A stretch of DNA of 64,000 nt from the human T2T-CHM13v2.0 reference genome, Homo sapiens. The notes under the pieces are model-generated. The model did not search any database and had not been told where the DNA came from. It was given only the letters and a program-made list of their open reading frames with translations. Positions 28,242 to 46,853 of the stretch are shown one piece after another. Made by a program: the position numbers and the translations under genes. Numbering within the stretch: position 1 is the first letter of the stretch; the number at the start of each line of letters is the position of its first letter. The DNA lies in assembly GCF_009914755.1 (NCBI RefSeq), contig NC_060948.1, one strand, 5' to 3'.

Positions 28242-31200
28242 GGCCTGGAATAAAGTGGAATGCTACGGTCTCGAATGGAATAAAAATGTATGGAATGGAA
28301 TGCAATGAAACGGAATCGAATGTCATAGAATGTAATGGAATGCAAAAAAATGGAATCCAAAATCATTGACTGGAAAGGCTGGGTGTCGAAAGGAATTGTC
28401 TCCAATGGAATGGAATCGAATGGAATGGAAGTGAATAGAATCGAACTAAATCGAATGGAATGGAATTGATAGGAACGGAATGGAAAGGAATGCAATGATT
28501 TGGCATGGAATGCAATCGAATGGCATCGAATGGAATGGAATGGAATGCAATGGAATGGAATGTATTAGAATGTAATGAACTTTAATGGTATGTACTCGAA
28601 TGGATTCGACTGGAATGGAATGTTCTGGAAGTGAATGGACTCCAATGGAATGGATTCAAAAGGAATGGAATCGTACGGAATGGAATCTAATGGAATGGAA
28701 TTAAATGGAAATGAATCAAATTGAATAGCACGGAATTGAATTGAATGGAATCGAATGCAATGGAATCTAATGAAACGGAAAGGAAAGGAATGGAATGGAA
28801 TGGAATGGGCTGGAATGGAAAGGAATCGAAACGAATGGAATGGAATCGAACTGAAGAGACTGGAATGGAATGCACTGGAATGGAAGGGAGTGTAATGGAA
28901 GGTTCTCGAAAAAAATGGAATGGAATGGAATGGAATTGAATGGAACGGAATAGAGTCGAATGGAATTGAATGGAATGGAATGGACTAGAGTGAAATGGAA
29001 TCGAACCACAAGGAATGGACAGGAATAGAATGGTCTCGAATTGAATGGAATCGTATGGAATGGCATCAAACGGAATGGAATGGACAGCCACGGAATGGAA
29101 TGCACTCGAATGCAATGGAGTCGAAACTAATGGACTGGAATAGAATGGACTCGACTGGTACGGACTCCAATGGAATGGAATCGAATGGAAGGGAATCGAA
29201 CGGAATGGACTCGAAGGGAAAAGACTGCAATGGAGAGGTCTCGAATGGAATGGAAATTAATGGAATGGAATGGAATCGAATGAAATGGAGTCAAAAGGAA
29301 TGGAATCGAATGGCAAGAAATCGAATGTAATGGAATCGCAAGGAATTGATGTGAACGGAACGGAATGGAATGGAATCCAAAGGAATGGAATAGAATGGAA
29401 TGGAATCGAATGGAAAGGACTCGAATGGAAATCACTCGAATAGAATGCAATTTAATAAAATAGGATCAAATGGAATGGAATGGAATGGAAAGGAATCGAA
29501 ACGAAAGGAATGGAGACAGATGGAATGGAATGGAACAGAGAGCAATGGTATAGAATGGAATGGAATCATCTGGAATGGAATTGAATGGAATGGAATAACA
29601 TGAAATGGACTGGAATGGAATGGAATGCCCTTGAATTAAATGGACTGGAATGGAATGGACTCGAACAGAGTGGAATGGAAAGTGTTGAAATATAATGGAA
29701 TGGACTGGTTTGGAAGGGTCTAGTATGCAATGCAATCGACTGGCAGGGAATCAAAAGGAATGTAATCGAATGGATTGGACTGGAATGCAATGGACTCGAA
29801 TAGATTGGAAACGGAATGCAAAGGAATGGAATGGAATAGTATGGAATGGAATGGAAAGGAATGGAGTGGAATAGACTAGAGTGGAATGGAATGGACTCGA
29901 AAGCAATGGACTGGAATGGAACTTTCTTGAATGGACTGGAATCAAACGGAATGGAATGCAATGCAATCAAATGGCATGGAATAAAATAGAATGAAAGAGA
30001 ATCAAATGGAATTGAATCGAATGGAATCGAATGGATTGGAAAGGAATAGAATGGAATGGAATGGAATTGACTCAAATGGAATGGACTAGAATGGAATGGA
30101 TTCGAATGGAAGGCAAAGGAATGGAATCTATTGGAATGGACTGTAATGGAATGGAATGGAAGGGATTGGAATGGACTCGAATGGAATGGACTGCAATAGA
30201 AAGGATTCGAATGGAATGAAAAAGAATTGAATGGAATAGAACAGAATGGAATCAAATCGAATGAAATGGAATGGAATAGAAAGGAATGGAATGAAATGGA
30301 ATGGAAAGGATTCGAATGGAATGCAATCGAATGGAATGGAATCGAACGCAATGGAATAAAATGGAAGAAAACTGGCAAGAAATGGAATCGAAATGAATGG
30401 AGTGTTATGGAACGGACTCAAAAGGAATTGAATGTAATAGAATGGAGTGGAGTGGACTCGAATATAATGGACTGGAATGGAATGAAATCACATGGAATGG
30501 GAACGAATGGAATGGAATGGAAAGGAATGGAATCGAATGGAAAGGAATCGAATGGAAGGGAATGAAATTGAATCAACAGGAATGGAAGGGAATAGAATAG
30601 ACGGTAATGGAATGGACTCGAATAGAATGGACACGAATGCTCAAATTGAATGGACTCGAATGGAATGGAAACGAAAGGAATGTCATCGAATGGAATTGAA
30701 TCGATTGGAATGAAATCGCATAGAATGGAGTGGAATCAAATGGAATTGAATCGAAAGGAAAGGAAGCGAATGGACTGAAATGAAATGGAATGGAATTGAA
30801 TGGAAAGTAATGCAATGGAAAAGAATGGAACGAAATTTCACGGAATGGAATCAAACTGAATGGAATCAAATCAATGGAATCAAATCAAATGGAATGGAAA
30901 GGAATTGAATGGAGTAGATTGGATTGGATGGGATTGGAATGAAATGTACTGGAAAGGACTCGAATTTCATGAAACGGAATGGAATGAATTGGAACGGAAT
31001 GGACTCGAATGGAATGGAATGTCATGGAATGGCATCAAATGGAATGGCATCAAATGGAATGGAATCGAATGTAATGGAATGGAATGCATTGGAATGGAAT
31101 GTCCTCTAATGGAATGGATTCGAGTGGAATGGAATCGAATATAATGGAGTCGAATGAAATGGAATTGAAAGGAATGGGATCGAATACAATGGAATATACT

Positions 31201-31296
31201 GGAATGTAATGTAATGAACTCGAATGTATTTGACTGGAATGGAATGTACATGAATGGAATGTAATCGAATGGAAAGTAATCCAATGGAATAGAATC
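28242..31296 (+). repeat. Terminal DYZ1 unit, truncated at the DYZ2 junction
   Basis: Follows the unit pattern up to ccaatggaatagaatc (31296). Other copies continue taatgcaataaaa; this copy switches to AT-rich DYZ2. Confidence 0.93.
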
Positions 31297-32338
<1,042 letters not shown>

Positions 32339-32904
32339 AGATCCATAATTTTTAAATGAAAAAAAATTTCAAAGGTACTCTGCTTGGTACAATAATCAAA
32401 TGTATAAACTGAGGAATAAAACATAACCATGAAACCTACTTATAACTGCATATGGAAAATACAAAGGATAATTTTTTAAATAACATATTGTTAAAGCCTT
32501 AACTAGTAATTTGAAGAGTTGGCATTTGAAAGGCCAGTATGAATATACCTTCACAGCAGCAACACAGGTTCCCCATGAGAAAAAGCAAACTCAGGGAAAA
32601 TAAAACCACAAAGGTTCAATCTCTTCTGACCTTTGAAAGACACAGCACAGACAGTGGTCCTTAGGACGAAGAGCAGGAGACCCCTAATTCCGTCACCATG
32701 GCGATAGGGCATAAACATTGCTGGGTAAGGGCACAATCCACATTGTGATGTCCAACTGCTGCCAGGAAGACAGGAGTGCTTTTACATAGACCGAAAGGTC
32801 ATTGAAGGCTCAGAGTTTTGTTTCAAGAACTGAATCCCAAGCCCACACGTTATTAGGCTGCGCTTCTTAAAATAAGTTATGAGATGGGAAAAAGGGCACC
32901 CACA
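32339..32904. repeat. HSATI segment of DYZ2 (representative first copy; follows every Alu; last copy cut by the window end)
   Basis: Higher-complexity ~565-bp segment between the Alu end and the AT block, near-identical in all units. Name taken from the known DYZ2 composition; boundaries approximate. Confidence 0.8.
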
Positions 32905-34758
<1,854 letters not shown>

Positions 34759-36886
34759 AGATCCATATTTTTTAAATGAAAAAAAATTTCAAAGGTACTC
34801 TGCTTGGTACAATAATCAAATGTATAAACTGAGGAATAAAACATAACCATGAAACCTACTTATAACTGCATATGGAAAATACAGAGGATAATTTTTTAAA
34901 TAACATATTTTGAAAGCCTTAACTAGTAATTTGAAGAGTTGGCATTTGAAAGGCCAGTATGAATATACCTTCAAAGCAGCAACACAGGTTCCCCATGAGA
35001 AAAAGCAAACTCAGGGAAAATAAAACCACAAAGGTTCAATCTCTTCTGACCTTTGAAAGACACAGCACAGACAGTGGTCCTTAGGACGAAGAGCAGGAGA
35101 CCCCTAATTCCGTCACCATGGCGATAGGGCATAAACATTGCTGGGTGAGGGCACAATCCACATTGTGAAGTCCAAGTGCTGCCAGGAAGACAGGAGTGCT
35201 TTTACATAGACCGAAAGGTCATTGAAGGCTCAGAGTTTTGTTTCAAGAACTGAATCCCAAGCCCACAAGTTATTAGGCTGCGCGTCTTAAAACAAGTTAT
35301 GAGATGGGAAAAAGGGCACCCACAAACATACGTATACATTATGTATATAATAATATACAGTATCATATATATAATATATATAACCTATGTATAATATTGT
35401 TTTACATCCTGCATCTTATGTTATATATATTGTATAAAATATAATAATTGATAATATATAAGTTTTATATTTATACAATATGACATATAGTATATATTAT
35501 AATTTATGACATATATAATATATGTTATATAGTATATATAGAATATATTATACGGTTAATATACGTATTAAATATAAATTATACATTATATATATTATAT
35601 ATAATATATCTGTTATATATAATACCCATTATGCATAATATATATATTATGTCTATGATATATATAGTATAAAACAACATATAATAATATATAATTGTAT
35701 ATATAAAATGCGACATATAATATATATTATATTTTATGACATATGTAATATATATTATATATTATATATAATGCGTAGTATGTATAATACCTATATTAAA
35801 TATATATTACATGACTATGTTATTAATTACATGTCACATGTGTTATATATTATTTATTTTACATAGAATATACCAGTTACATACAATATAAAGTATGTTA
35901 CCTATAATGTATAATTTATTACATGTAAAATAAAGAATGCAATATATTATGTATAATTTATAATATACAATATGTGGAATGTGATATATATAACATATAA
36001 TATATGATATATGATATAGAGTATATGATATATAACATACAGTATATGATACCTAATATATATGATATACAATATATATTTTATGATATGTATTCTATAT
36101 GTTATATATTCTGTTATATATAACTGTTTGAAATTATATATAACTGTATAATATTTTAGGTAAATATGTAATATAATATATATAACTTTATAATATATTA
36201 TATATAACTATATATTATGTTATATATACTTTTATAACATGATTTACATAAAATATCATAATATAATATATATTATATTATTTCATATTACATAATATAT
36301 ATTACATATCACCCAATATAAGTAACATATATAATATTATAATATAGATTATATTATGTTATATTAAATATCATATATATCATGTATCATATATTCTATA
36401 ATATATATTATACATTATATAATATGTATGTTGTCTATTATGTGATATATATAACTATATATATAATTATATTATTATACATATAACTAGATAAACATGT
36501 AATTCTACATATTTTCATTTATAATATATAGAATTATATAATCATATATAATTATTTATATTCTATAAAAAATTATATCATTATATAAATTAGAATATAT
36601 AAAAATTATAATATGTACTACAAACATATATATTATATATCATATATGATATAGTACCTTTGTTATATATCATAATACATATAAATGTGTATTATGTTAT
36701 CTATAATTATATAATTTCATATATAAGATGTATAATATGTATTATTTATTATATACGTTATGTAATATATATAGTATATATAAGCTGACACAGGATAAAT
36801 ATTATATACTATGACATATAAAATATATGAGGTTATATGTTACATATAAGGCATAGCACATAACATGTAATATATATCATATATAA

Positions 36887-37178
36887 TTTTTTTTTAGACA
36901 GAGTCTTGTCCTGTTGCACAGGGTGGAGTAAAATGGCGCCATCTTTGCTCACTGCAACATCTGCCTCACGGGTCCAAGCGATTGTCCTCCCTCAGCCTCC
37001 CAGGTAGCTGGGACTACACCACACTGCGACTACACCAGCTGCCACCATGCCTAGCTAATTTTTTGGATTTTTAGTAGTGACAGCGTTTCACTGTATTGGC
37101 CAGGATGGTCTTGATCTCTTCACCTTGTGATCCCCTTGCCTTGGCCTCCAAATTTGCTGGGATTACAGGCCTGAGCCA
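36887..37178 (-). mobile_element. Alu fragment in DYZ2, copy 3
   Basis: Same Alu motifs as copy 1. Confidence 0.96.
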
Positions 37179-39281
37179 AGATCCATATTTTTTAAATGAA
37201 AAAAAATTTCAAAGGTACTCTGCTTGGTACAATAATCAAATGTATAAACTGAGGAATAAAACATAACCATGAAACCTACTTATAACTGCATATGGAAAAT
37301 ACAGAGGATAATTTTTTAAATAACATATTTTGAAAGCCTTAACTAGTAATTTGAAGAGTTGGCATTTGAAAGGCCAGTATGAATATACCTTCAAAGCAGC
37401 AACACAGGTTCCCCATGAGAAAAAGCAAACTCAGGGAAAATAAAACCACAAAGGTTCAATCTCTTCTGACCTTTGAAAGACACAGCACAGACAGTGGTCC
37501 TTAGGACGAAGAGCAGGAGACCCCTAATTCCGTCACCATGGCGATAGGGCATAAACATTGCTGGGTGAGGGCACAATCCACCTTGTGAGGTCCAACTGCT
37601 GCCAGGAAGACAGGAGTGCTTTTACATAGACCGAAAAGTCATTGAAGGCTCAGAGTTTTGTTTCAAGAACTGAATCCCAAGCCCACACGTTATTAGGCTG
37701 CGCTTCTTAAAACAAGTTATGAGATGGGAAAAAGGGCACCCACAAACATACGTATACATTATGTATATAATAATATACAGTATCATATATATAATATATA
37801 TAACCTATGTATAATATTGTTTTACATCCTGCATCTTATGTTATATATATTGTTTAAAATATAATAATTGATAATATATAAGTTTTATATTTATTCAATA
37901 TGACATATAGTATATATTATAATTTATGACATATATAGTATATGTTATATATCATATATAGAATATATTATACGGTTAATATACGTATTAAATATAAATT
38001 ATACATTATATATATTATATATAATATATCTGTTATATATAATACCCATTATGCATAATATATATATTATGTCTATGATATATATAGTATAAAACAACAT
38101 ATAATAATATATAATTGTATATATAAAATGCGACATATAATATATATTATATTTTATGACATATGTAATATATATTATATATTATATATAATGCGTTGTA
38201 TGTATAATACCTATATTAAATATATATTACATGACTATGTTATTAATTACATATCACATGTGTTATATATTATTTATTTTACATAGAATATACCGGTTAC
38301 ATACAATATATAGTATGTTACCTATAATGTATAATTTATTACATGTAAAATAAAGAATGCAATATATTATGTATAATTTATAATATACAATATGTGGAAT
38401 GTGATATATATAACATATAATATATGATATGTGATATAGAGTATATGATATATAACATACAGTATATGATACCTAATATATATGATATACAATATATATT
38501 TTATGATATGTATTCTATAAGTTATATATTCTGTTATATATAACTGTTTGAAATTATATATAACTGTATAATATTTTAGGTAAATATGTAATATAATATA
38601 TATAACTTTATAATATATTATATATAACTATATATTATGTTATATATACTTTTATAACATAATTTACATAAAATATCATAAGATAATATATATTATATTA
38701 TTTCATATTACATAATATATATTACATATCACCCAATATAAGTAACATACATAATATTATAATATAGATTATATTATGTTATATTAAATATCATATATAT
38801 CATGTATCATATATTCTATAATATATATTATACATTATATAATATGTATGTTGTCTATTATGTGATATATATAACTATATATATAATTATATTATTATAC
38901 ATATAACTAGATAAACATGTAATTCTACATATTTTCATTTATAATATATAGAATTATATAATCATATATAATTATTTATATTCTATAAAAAATTATATCA
39001 TTATATAAATTAGAATATATAAAAATTATAATATGTACTACAAACATATATATTATATATCATATATGATATAGTACCTTTGTTATATATCATAATACAT
39101 ATAAATGTGTATTATGTTATCTATAATTATATAATTTCATATAAGATGTATAATATGTATTATTTATTATATACGTTATGTAATATATATAGTATATATA
39201 AGCTGACACAGGATAAATATTATATACTATGACATATAAAATATATGAGGTTATATGTTACATATAAGGCATAGCACATAA

Positions 39282-39596
<315 letters not shown>

Positions 39597-41701
39597 AGAT
39601 CCATATTTTTTAAATGAAAAAAAATTTCAAAGGTACTCTGCTTGGTACAATAATCAAATGTATAAACTGAGGAATAAAACATAACCATGAAACCTACTTA
39701 TAACTGCATATGGAAAATACAGAGGATAATTTTTTAAATAACATATTTTGAAAGCCTTAACTAGTAATTTGAAGAGTTGGCATTTGAAAGGCCAGTATGA
39801 ATATACCTTCAAAGCAGCAACACAGGTTCCCCATGAGAAAAAGCAAACTCAGGGAAAATAAAACCACAAAGGTTCAATCTCTTCTGACCTTTGAAAGACA
39901 CAGCACAGACAGTGGTCCTTAGGACGAAGAGCAGGAGACCCCTAATTCCGTCACCATGGCGATAGGGCATAAACATTGCTGGGTGAGGGCACAATCCACA
40001 TTGTGAAGTCCAAGTGCTGCCAGGAAGACAGGAGTGCTTTTACATAGACCGAAAGGTCATTGAAGGCTCAGAGTTTTGTTTCAAGAACTGAATCCCAAGC
40101 CCACAAGTTATTAGGCTGCGCGTCTTAAAACAAGTTATGAGATGGGAAAAAGGGCACCCACAAACATACGTATACATTATGTATATAATAATATACAGTA
40201 TCATATATATAATATATATAACCTATGTATAATATTGTTTTACATCCTGCATCTTATGTTATATATATTGTATAAAATATAATAATTGATAATATATAAG
40301 TTTTATATTTATACAATATGACATATAGTATATATTATAATTTATGACATATATAATATATGTTATATAGCATATATAGAATATATTATACGGTTAATAT
40401 ACGTATTAAATATAAATTATACATTATATATATAATATATAATATATCTGTTATATATAATACCCATTATGCATAATATATATATTATGTCTATGATATA
40501 TATAGTATAAAACAACATATAATAATATATAATTGTATATATAAAATGCGACATATAATATATATTATATTTTATGACATATGTAATATATATTATATAT
40601 TATATATAATGCGTTGTATGTATAATACCTATATTAAATATATATTACATGACTATGTTATTAATTACATGTCACATGTGTTATATATTATTTATTTTAC
40701 ATAGAATATACCAGTTACATACAATATAAAGTATGTTACCTATAATGTATAATTTATTACATGTAAAATAAAGAATGCAATATATTATGTATAATTTATA
40801 ATATACAATATGTGGAATGTGATATATATAACATATAATATATGATATATGATATAGAGTATATGATATATAACATACAGTATATGATACCTAATATATA
40901 TGATATACAATACATATTTTATGATATGTATTCTATATGTTATATATTCTGTTATATATAACTGTTTGAAATTATATATAACTGTATACTATTTTAGGTA
41001 AATATGTAATATAATATATATAACTTTATAATATATTATATATAACTATATATTATGTTATATATACTTTTATAACATAATTTACATAAAATATCATAAT
41101 ATAATATATATTATATTATTTCATATTACATAATATATATTACATATCACCCAATATAAGTAACATACATAATATTATAATATAGATTATATTATGTTAT
41201 ATTAAATATCATATATATCATGTATCATATATTCTATAATATATATTATACATTATATAATATGTATGTTGTCTATTATGTGATATATATAACTATATAT
41301 ATAATTATATTATTATACATATAACTAGATAAACATGTAATTCTACATATTTTCATTTATAATATATAGAATTATATAATCATATATAATTATTTATATT
41401 CTATAAAAAATTATATCATTATATAAATTAGAATATATAAAAATTATAATATGTACTACAAACATATATATTATATATCATATATGATATAGTACCTTTG
41501 TTATATATCATAATACATATAAATGTGTATTATGTTATCTATAATTATATAATTTCATATATAAGATGTATAATATGTATTATTTATTATATACGTTATG
41601 TAATATATATAGTATATATAAGCTGACACAGGATAAATATTATATACTATGACATATAAAATATATGAGGTTATATGTTACATATAAGGCATTGCACATA
41701 A

Positions 41702-42016
<315 letters not shown>

Positions 42017-44141
42017 AGATCCATATTTTTTAAATGAAAAAAAATTTCAAAGGTACTCTGCTTGGTACAATAATCAAATGTATAAACTGAGGAATAAAAC
42101 ATAACCATGAAACCTACTTATAACTGCATATGGAAAATACAGAGGATAATTTTTTAAATAACATATTTTGAAAGCCTTAACTAGTAATTTGAAGAGTTGG
42201 CATTTGAAAGGCCAGTATGAATATACCTTCAAAGCAGCAACACAGGTTCCCCATGAGAAAAAGCAAACTCAGGGAAAATAAAACCACAAAGGTTCAATCT
42301 CTTCTGACCTTTGAAAGACACAGCACAGACAGTGGTCCTTAGGACGAAGAGCAGGAGACCCCTAATTCCGTCACCATGGCAATAGGGCATAAACATTGCT
42401 GGGTGAGGGCACAATCCACCTTGTGAGGTCCAACTGCTGCCAGGAAGACAGGAGTGCTTTTACATAGACCGAAAAGTCATTGAAGGCTCAGAGTTTTGTT
42501 TCAAGAACTGAATCCCAAGCCCACACGTTATTAGGCTGCGCTTCTTAAAACAAGTTATGAGATGGGAAAAAGGGCACCCACAAACATACGTATACATTAT
42601 GTATATAATAATATACAGTATCATATATATAATATATATAACCTATGTATAATATTGTTTTACATCCTGCATCTTATGTTATATATATTGTATAAAATAT
42701 AATAATTGATAATATATAAGTTTTATATTTATTCAATATGACATATAGTATATATTATAATTTATGACATATATAGTATATGTTATATATCATATATAGA
42801 ATATATTATACGGTTAATATACGTATTAAATATAAATTATACATTATATATATTATATATAATATATCTGTTATATATAATACCCATTATGCATAATATA
42901 TATATTATGTCTGTGTTATATATAGTATAAAACAACATATAATAATATATAATTGTATATATAAAATGCGACATATAATATATATTATATTTTATGACAT
43001 ATGTAATATATATTATATATTATATATAATACGTTGTATGTATAATACCTATAATAAATATATATTATATGACTATGTTATTAATTACATATCACATGTG
43101 TTATATATTATATATTTTACATAGAATATACCGGTTACATACAATATATACTATGTTACCTATAATGTATAATTTATTACATGTGAAATAAAGTATGCAA
43201 TATATTATGTATAATTTATAATATACAATATGTGGAATGTGATATATATAACATATAATATATGATATATGATATACAGCATATGATATATAACATACAA
43301 TATATGATACCTAATATATATGGTATACAATATATATTTTATGATATGTATTCTATATGTTTTATATTCTGTTATATATAACTATTTGAAATTATATATA
43401 ACTGTATAATATTTTATGTAAATATGTAATATAATATATATAACTATATAATATATTATATATAACTACATATTATGTTATATATACTTTTATAACTTAA
43501 TTTACATAAAATATCATAATATAATATATATTATATTATTTCATATTACATAATATATATTACATATCACCCAATATAAGTAACATACATAATATTATAA
43601 TATAGATTATATTATGTTATATTAAATATCATATATATCATGTATCATATAATCTATAATATATATTATACATTATATAATATGTATGTTGTTTATTATG
43701 TGATATATATAACTATATTTATAATTATATTTTTATACATATAACTAGATAAACATGTAATTCTACATATTTTCATTTATAATATATAGAATTATATAAT
43801 CATATATAATTATTTATATTCTATAAAAAATTATATCATATAAATTATAATATATAAAAATTATAATATGTACTACACATATATATATTATATATCATAT
43901 ATGATATAGTACCTTTGTTATATATCATAATACATATAAATGTGTATTATGTTATCTATAATTATATAATTTCATATATAAGATGTATAATATTTATTAT
44001 ATATTATATAAGTTATGTAATATATATAGTATATATAAGATGACACAGGATAAATATTATATACTATGACATATAAAATATATGAGGTTATATGTTACAT
44101 ATAAGGCATAGCACATAACATGTAATATATATCATCTATAA

Positions 44142-44433
<292 letters not shown>

Positions 44434-46538
44434 AGATCCATATTTTTTAAATGAAAAAAAATTTCAAAGGTACTCTGCTTGGTACAATAATCAAATGTAT
44501 AAACTGAGGAATAAAACATAACCATGAAACCTACTTATAACTGCATATGGAAAATACAGAGGATAATTTTTTAAATAACATATTTTGAAAGCCTTAACTA
44601 GTAATTTGAAGAGTTGGCATTTGAAAGGCCAGTATGAATATACCTTCAAAGCAGCAACACAGGTTCCCCATGAGAAAAAGCAAACTCAGGGAAAATAAAA
44701 CCACAAAGGTTCAATCTCTTCTGTCCTTTGAAAGACACAGCACAGACAGTGGTCCTTAGGACGAAGAGCAAGAGACCCCTAATTCCGTCACCATGGCGAT
44801 AGGGCATAAACATTGCTGGGTGAGGGCACAATCCACATTGTGAGGTCCAACTGCTGCCAGGAAGACAGGAGTGCTTTTACATAGACCGAAAGATCATTGA
44901 AGGCTCAGAGTTTTGTTTCAAGAACTGAATCCCAAGCCCACACGTTATTAGGCTGCGCTTCTTAAAACAAGTTATGAGATGGGAAAAAGGGCACCCACAG
45001 ACATACGTATACATTATGTATATAATAATATACAGTATCATATATATAATATATATAACCTATGTATAATATTGTTTTACATCCTGCATCTTATATTATA
45101 TATATTGTATAAAATATAATAATTGATAATATATAAGTTTTATATTTATACAATATGACATACAGTATATATTATAATTTATGACATATATAATATATGT
45201 TATATATCATATATAGAATATATTATACGGTTAATATACGTATTAAATATAAATTATACATTATATATATTATATATAATATATCTGTTATATATAACAC
45301 CCATTATGCATAATATATATATTATGTCTAGGTTATATATAGTATAAAACAACATATAATAATATATAATTGTATATATAAAATGCGACATATAATATAT
45401 ATTATATTTTATGACATATGTAATATATATTATATATTATATATAATACGTTGTATGTATAATACCTATAATAAATATATATTATATGACTATGTTATTA
45501 ATTACATGTCACATGTGTTATATATTGTATATTTTACATAGAATATACCGGTTACATACAATATATACTATGTTACCTATAATGTATATTTTATTACATG
45601 TGAAATAAAGAATGCAATATATTATGTATAATTTATAATATACAATATGTGGAATGTGATATATATAACATATAATATATGATATATGATATACAGTATA
45701 TGATATATAACATACAATATATGATACCTAATATATATGGTATACAATATATATTTTATGATATGTATTCCATATGTTTTATATTCTGTTATAAATAACT
45801 ATTTGAAATTATATATAACTGTATAATATTTTATGTAAATATGTAATATAATATATATAACTATATAATATATTATATATAACTATATATTTTGTTATAT
45901 ATACTTTTATAACATAATTTACATAAAATATCATAATATAATATATATTATATTATTTCATATTACATAATATATATTACATATCACCCAATATAAGTAA
46001 CATACATAATATTATAATATAGATTATATTATGTTATATTAAATATCATATATATCATGTATCATATAATCTATAATATATATTATACATTATATAATAT
46101 GTATGTTGTCTATTATGTGATATATATAACTATATATATAATTATATTATTATACATATAACTAGATAAACATGTAATTCTACATATTTTCATTTATAAT
46201 ATATAGAATTATATAATCATATATAATTATTTATATTCTATAAAAAATTATATCGTTATATAAATTATAATATGTAAAAATTATAATATGTACTACAAAT
46301 ATATATATTATATATCATATATGATATGGTACCTTTGTTATATATCATAATACATATAAATGTGTATTATGTTATCTATAATTATATAATTTCATATATA
46401 AGATGTATAATATTTATTATATATTATATATGTTATGTAATATATATAGTATATATAAGATGACACAGGATAAATATTATATACTATGACATATAAAATA
46501 TATGAGGTTATATGTTACATATAAGTCATAGCACATAA

Positions 46539-46853
<315 letters not shown>

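Larger units (their letters stand above)
1..31296 (+). repeat. DYZ1: DYZ1 / human satellite 3 array, degenerate (GGAAT)n with ~3.55-kb higher-order unit; open at the window's left edge
   Basis: Seen: continuous GGAAT-derived pentamers, purine-rich on +. The conserved GGCC (in AGGCCT) recurs at 3405, 6954, 10513, 14042, 17591, 21165, 24698 and 28242, with a GAATTC 39 bp upstream of each (e.g. 3366-3371). Known: one HaeIII/EcoRI site per ~3.5-kb GGAAT unit next to HSat1B is the signature of Yq12 DYZ1. Confidence 0.97.

Noticed and set aside
1-31296. HSat2, telomeric repeat or alpha satellite
   Set aside because: It lacks the CATTCGATTC/GATGAT-type periodicity of HSat2, TTAGGG repeats and a 171-bp period.
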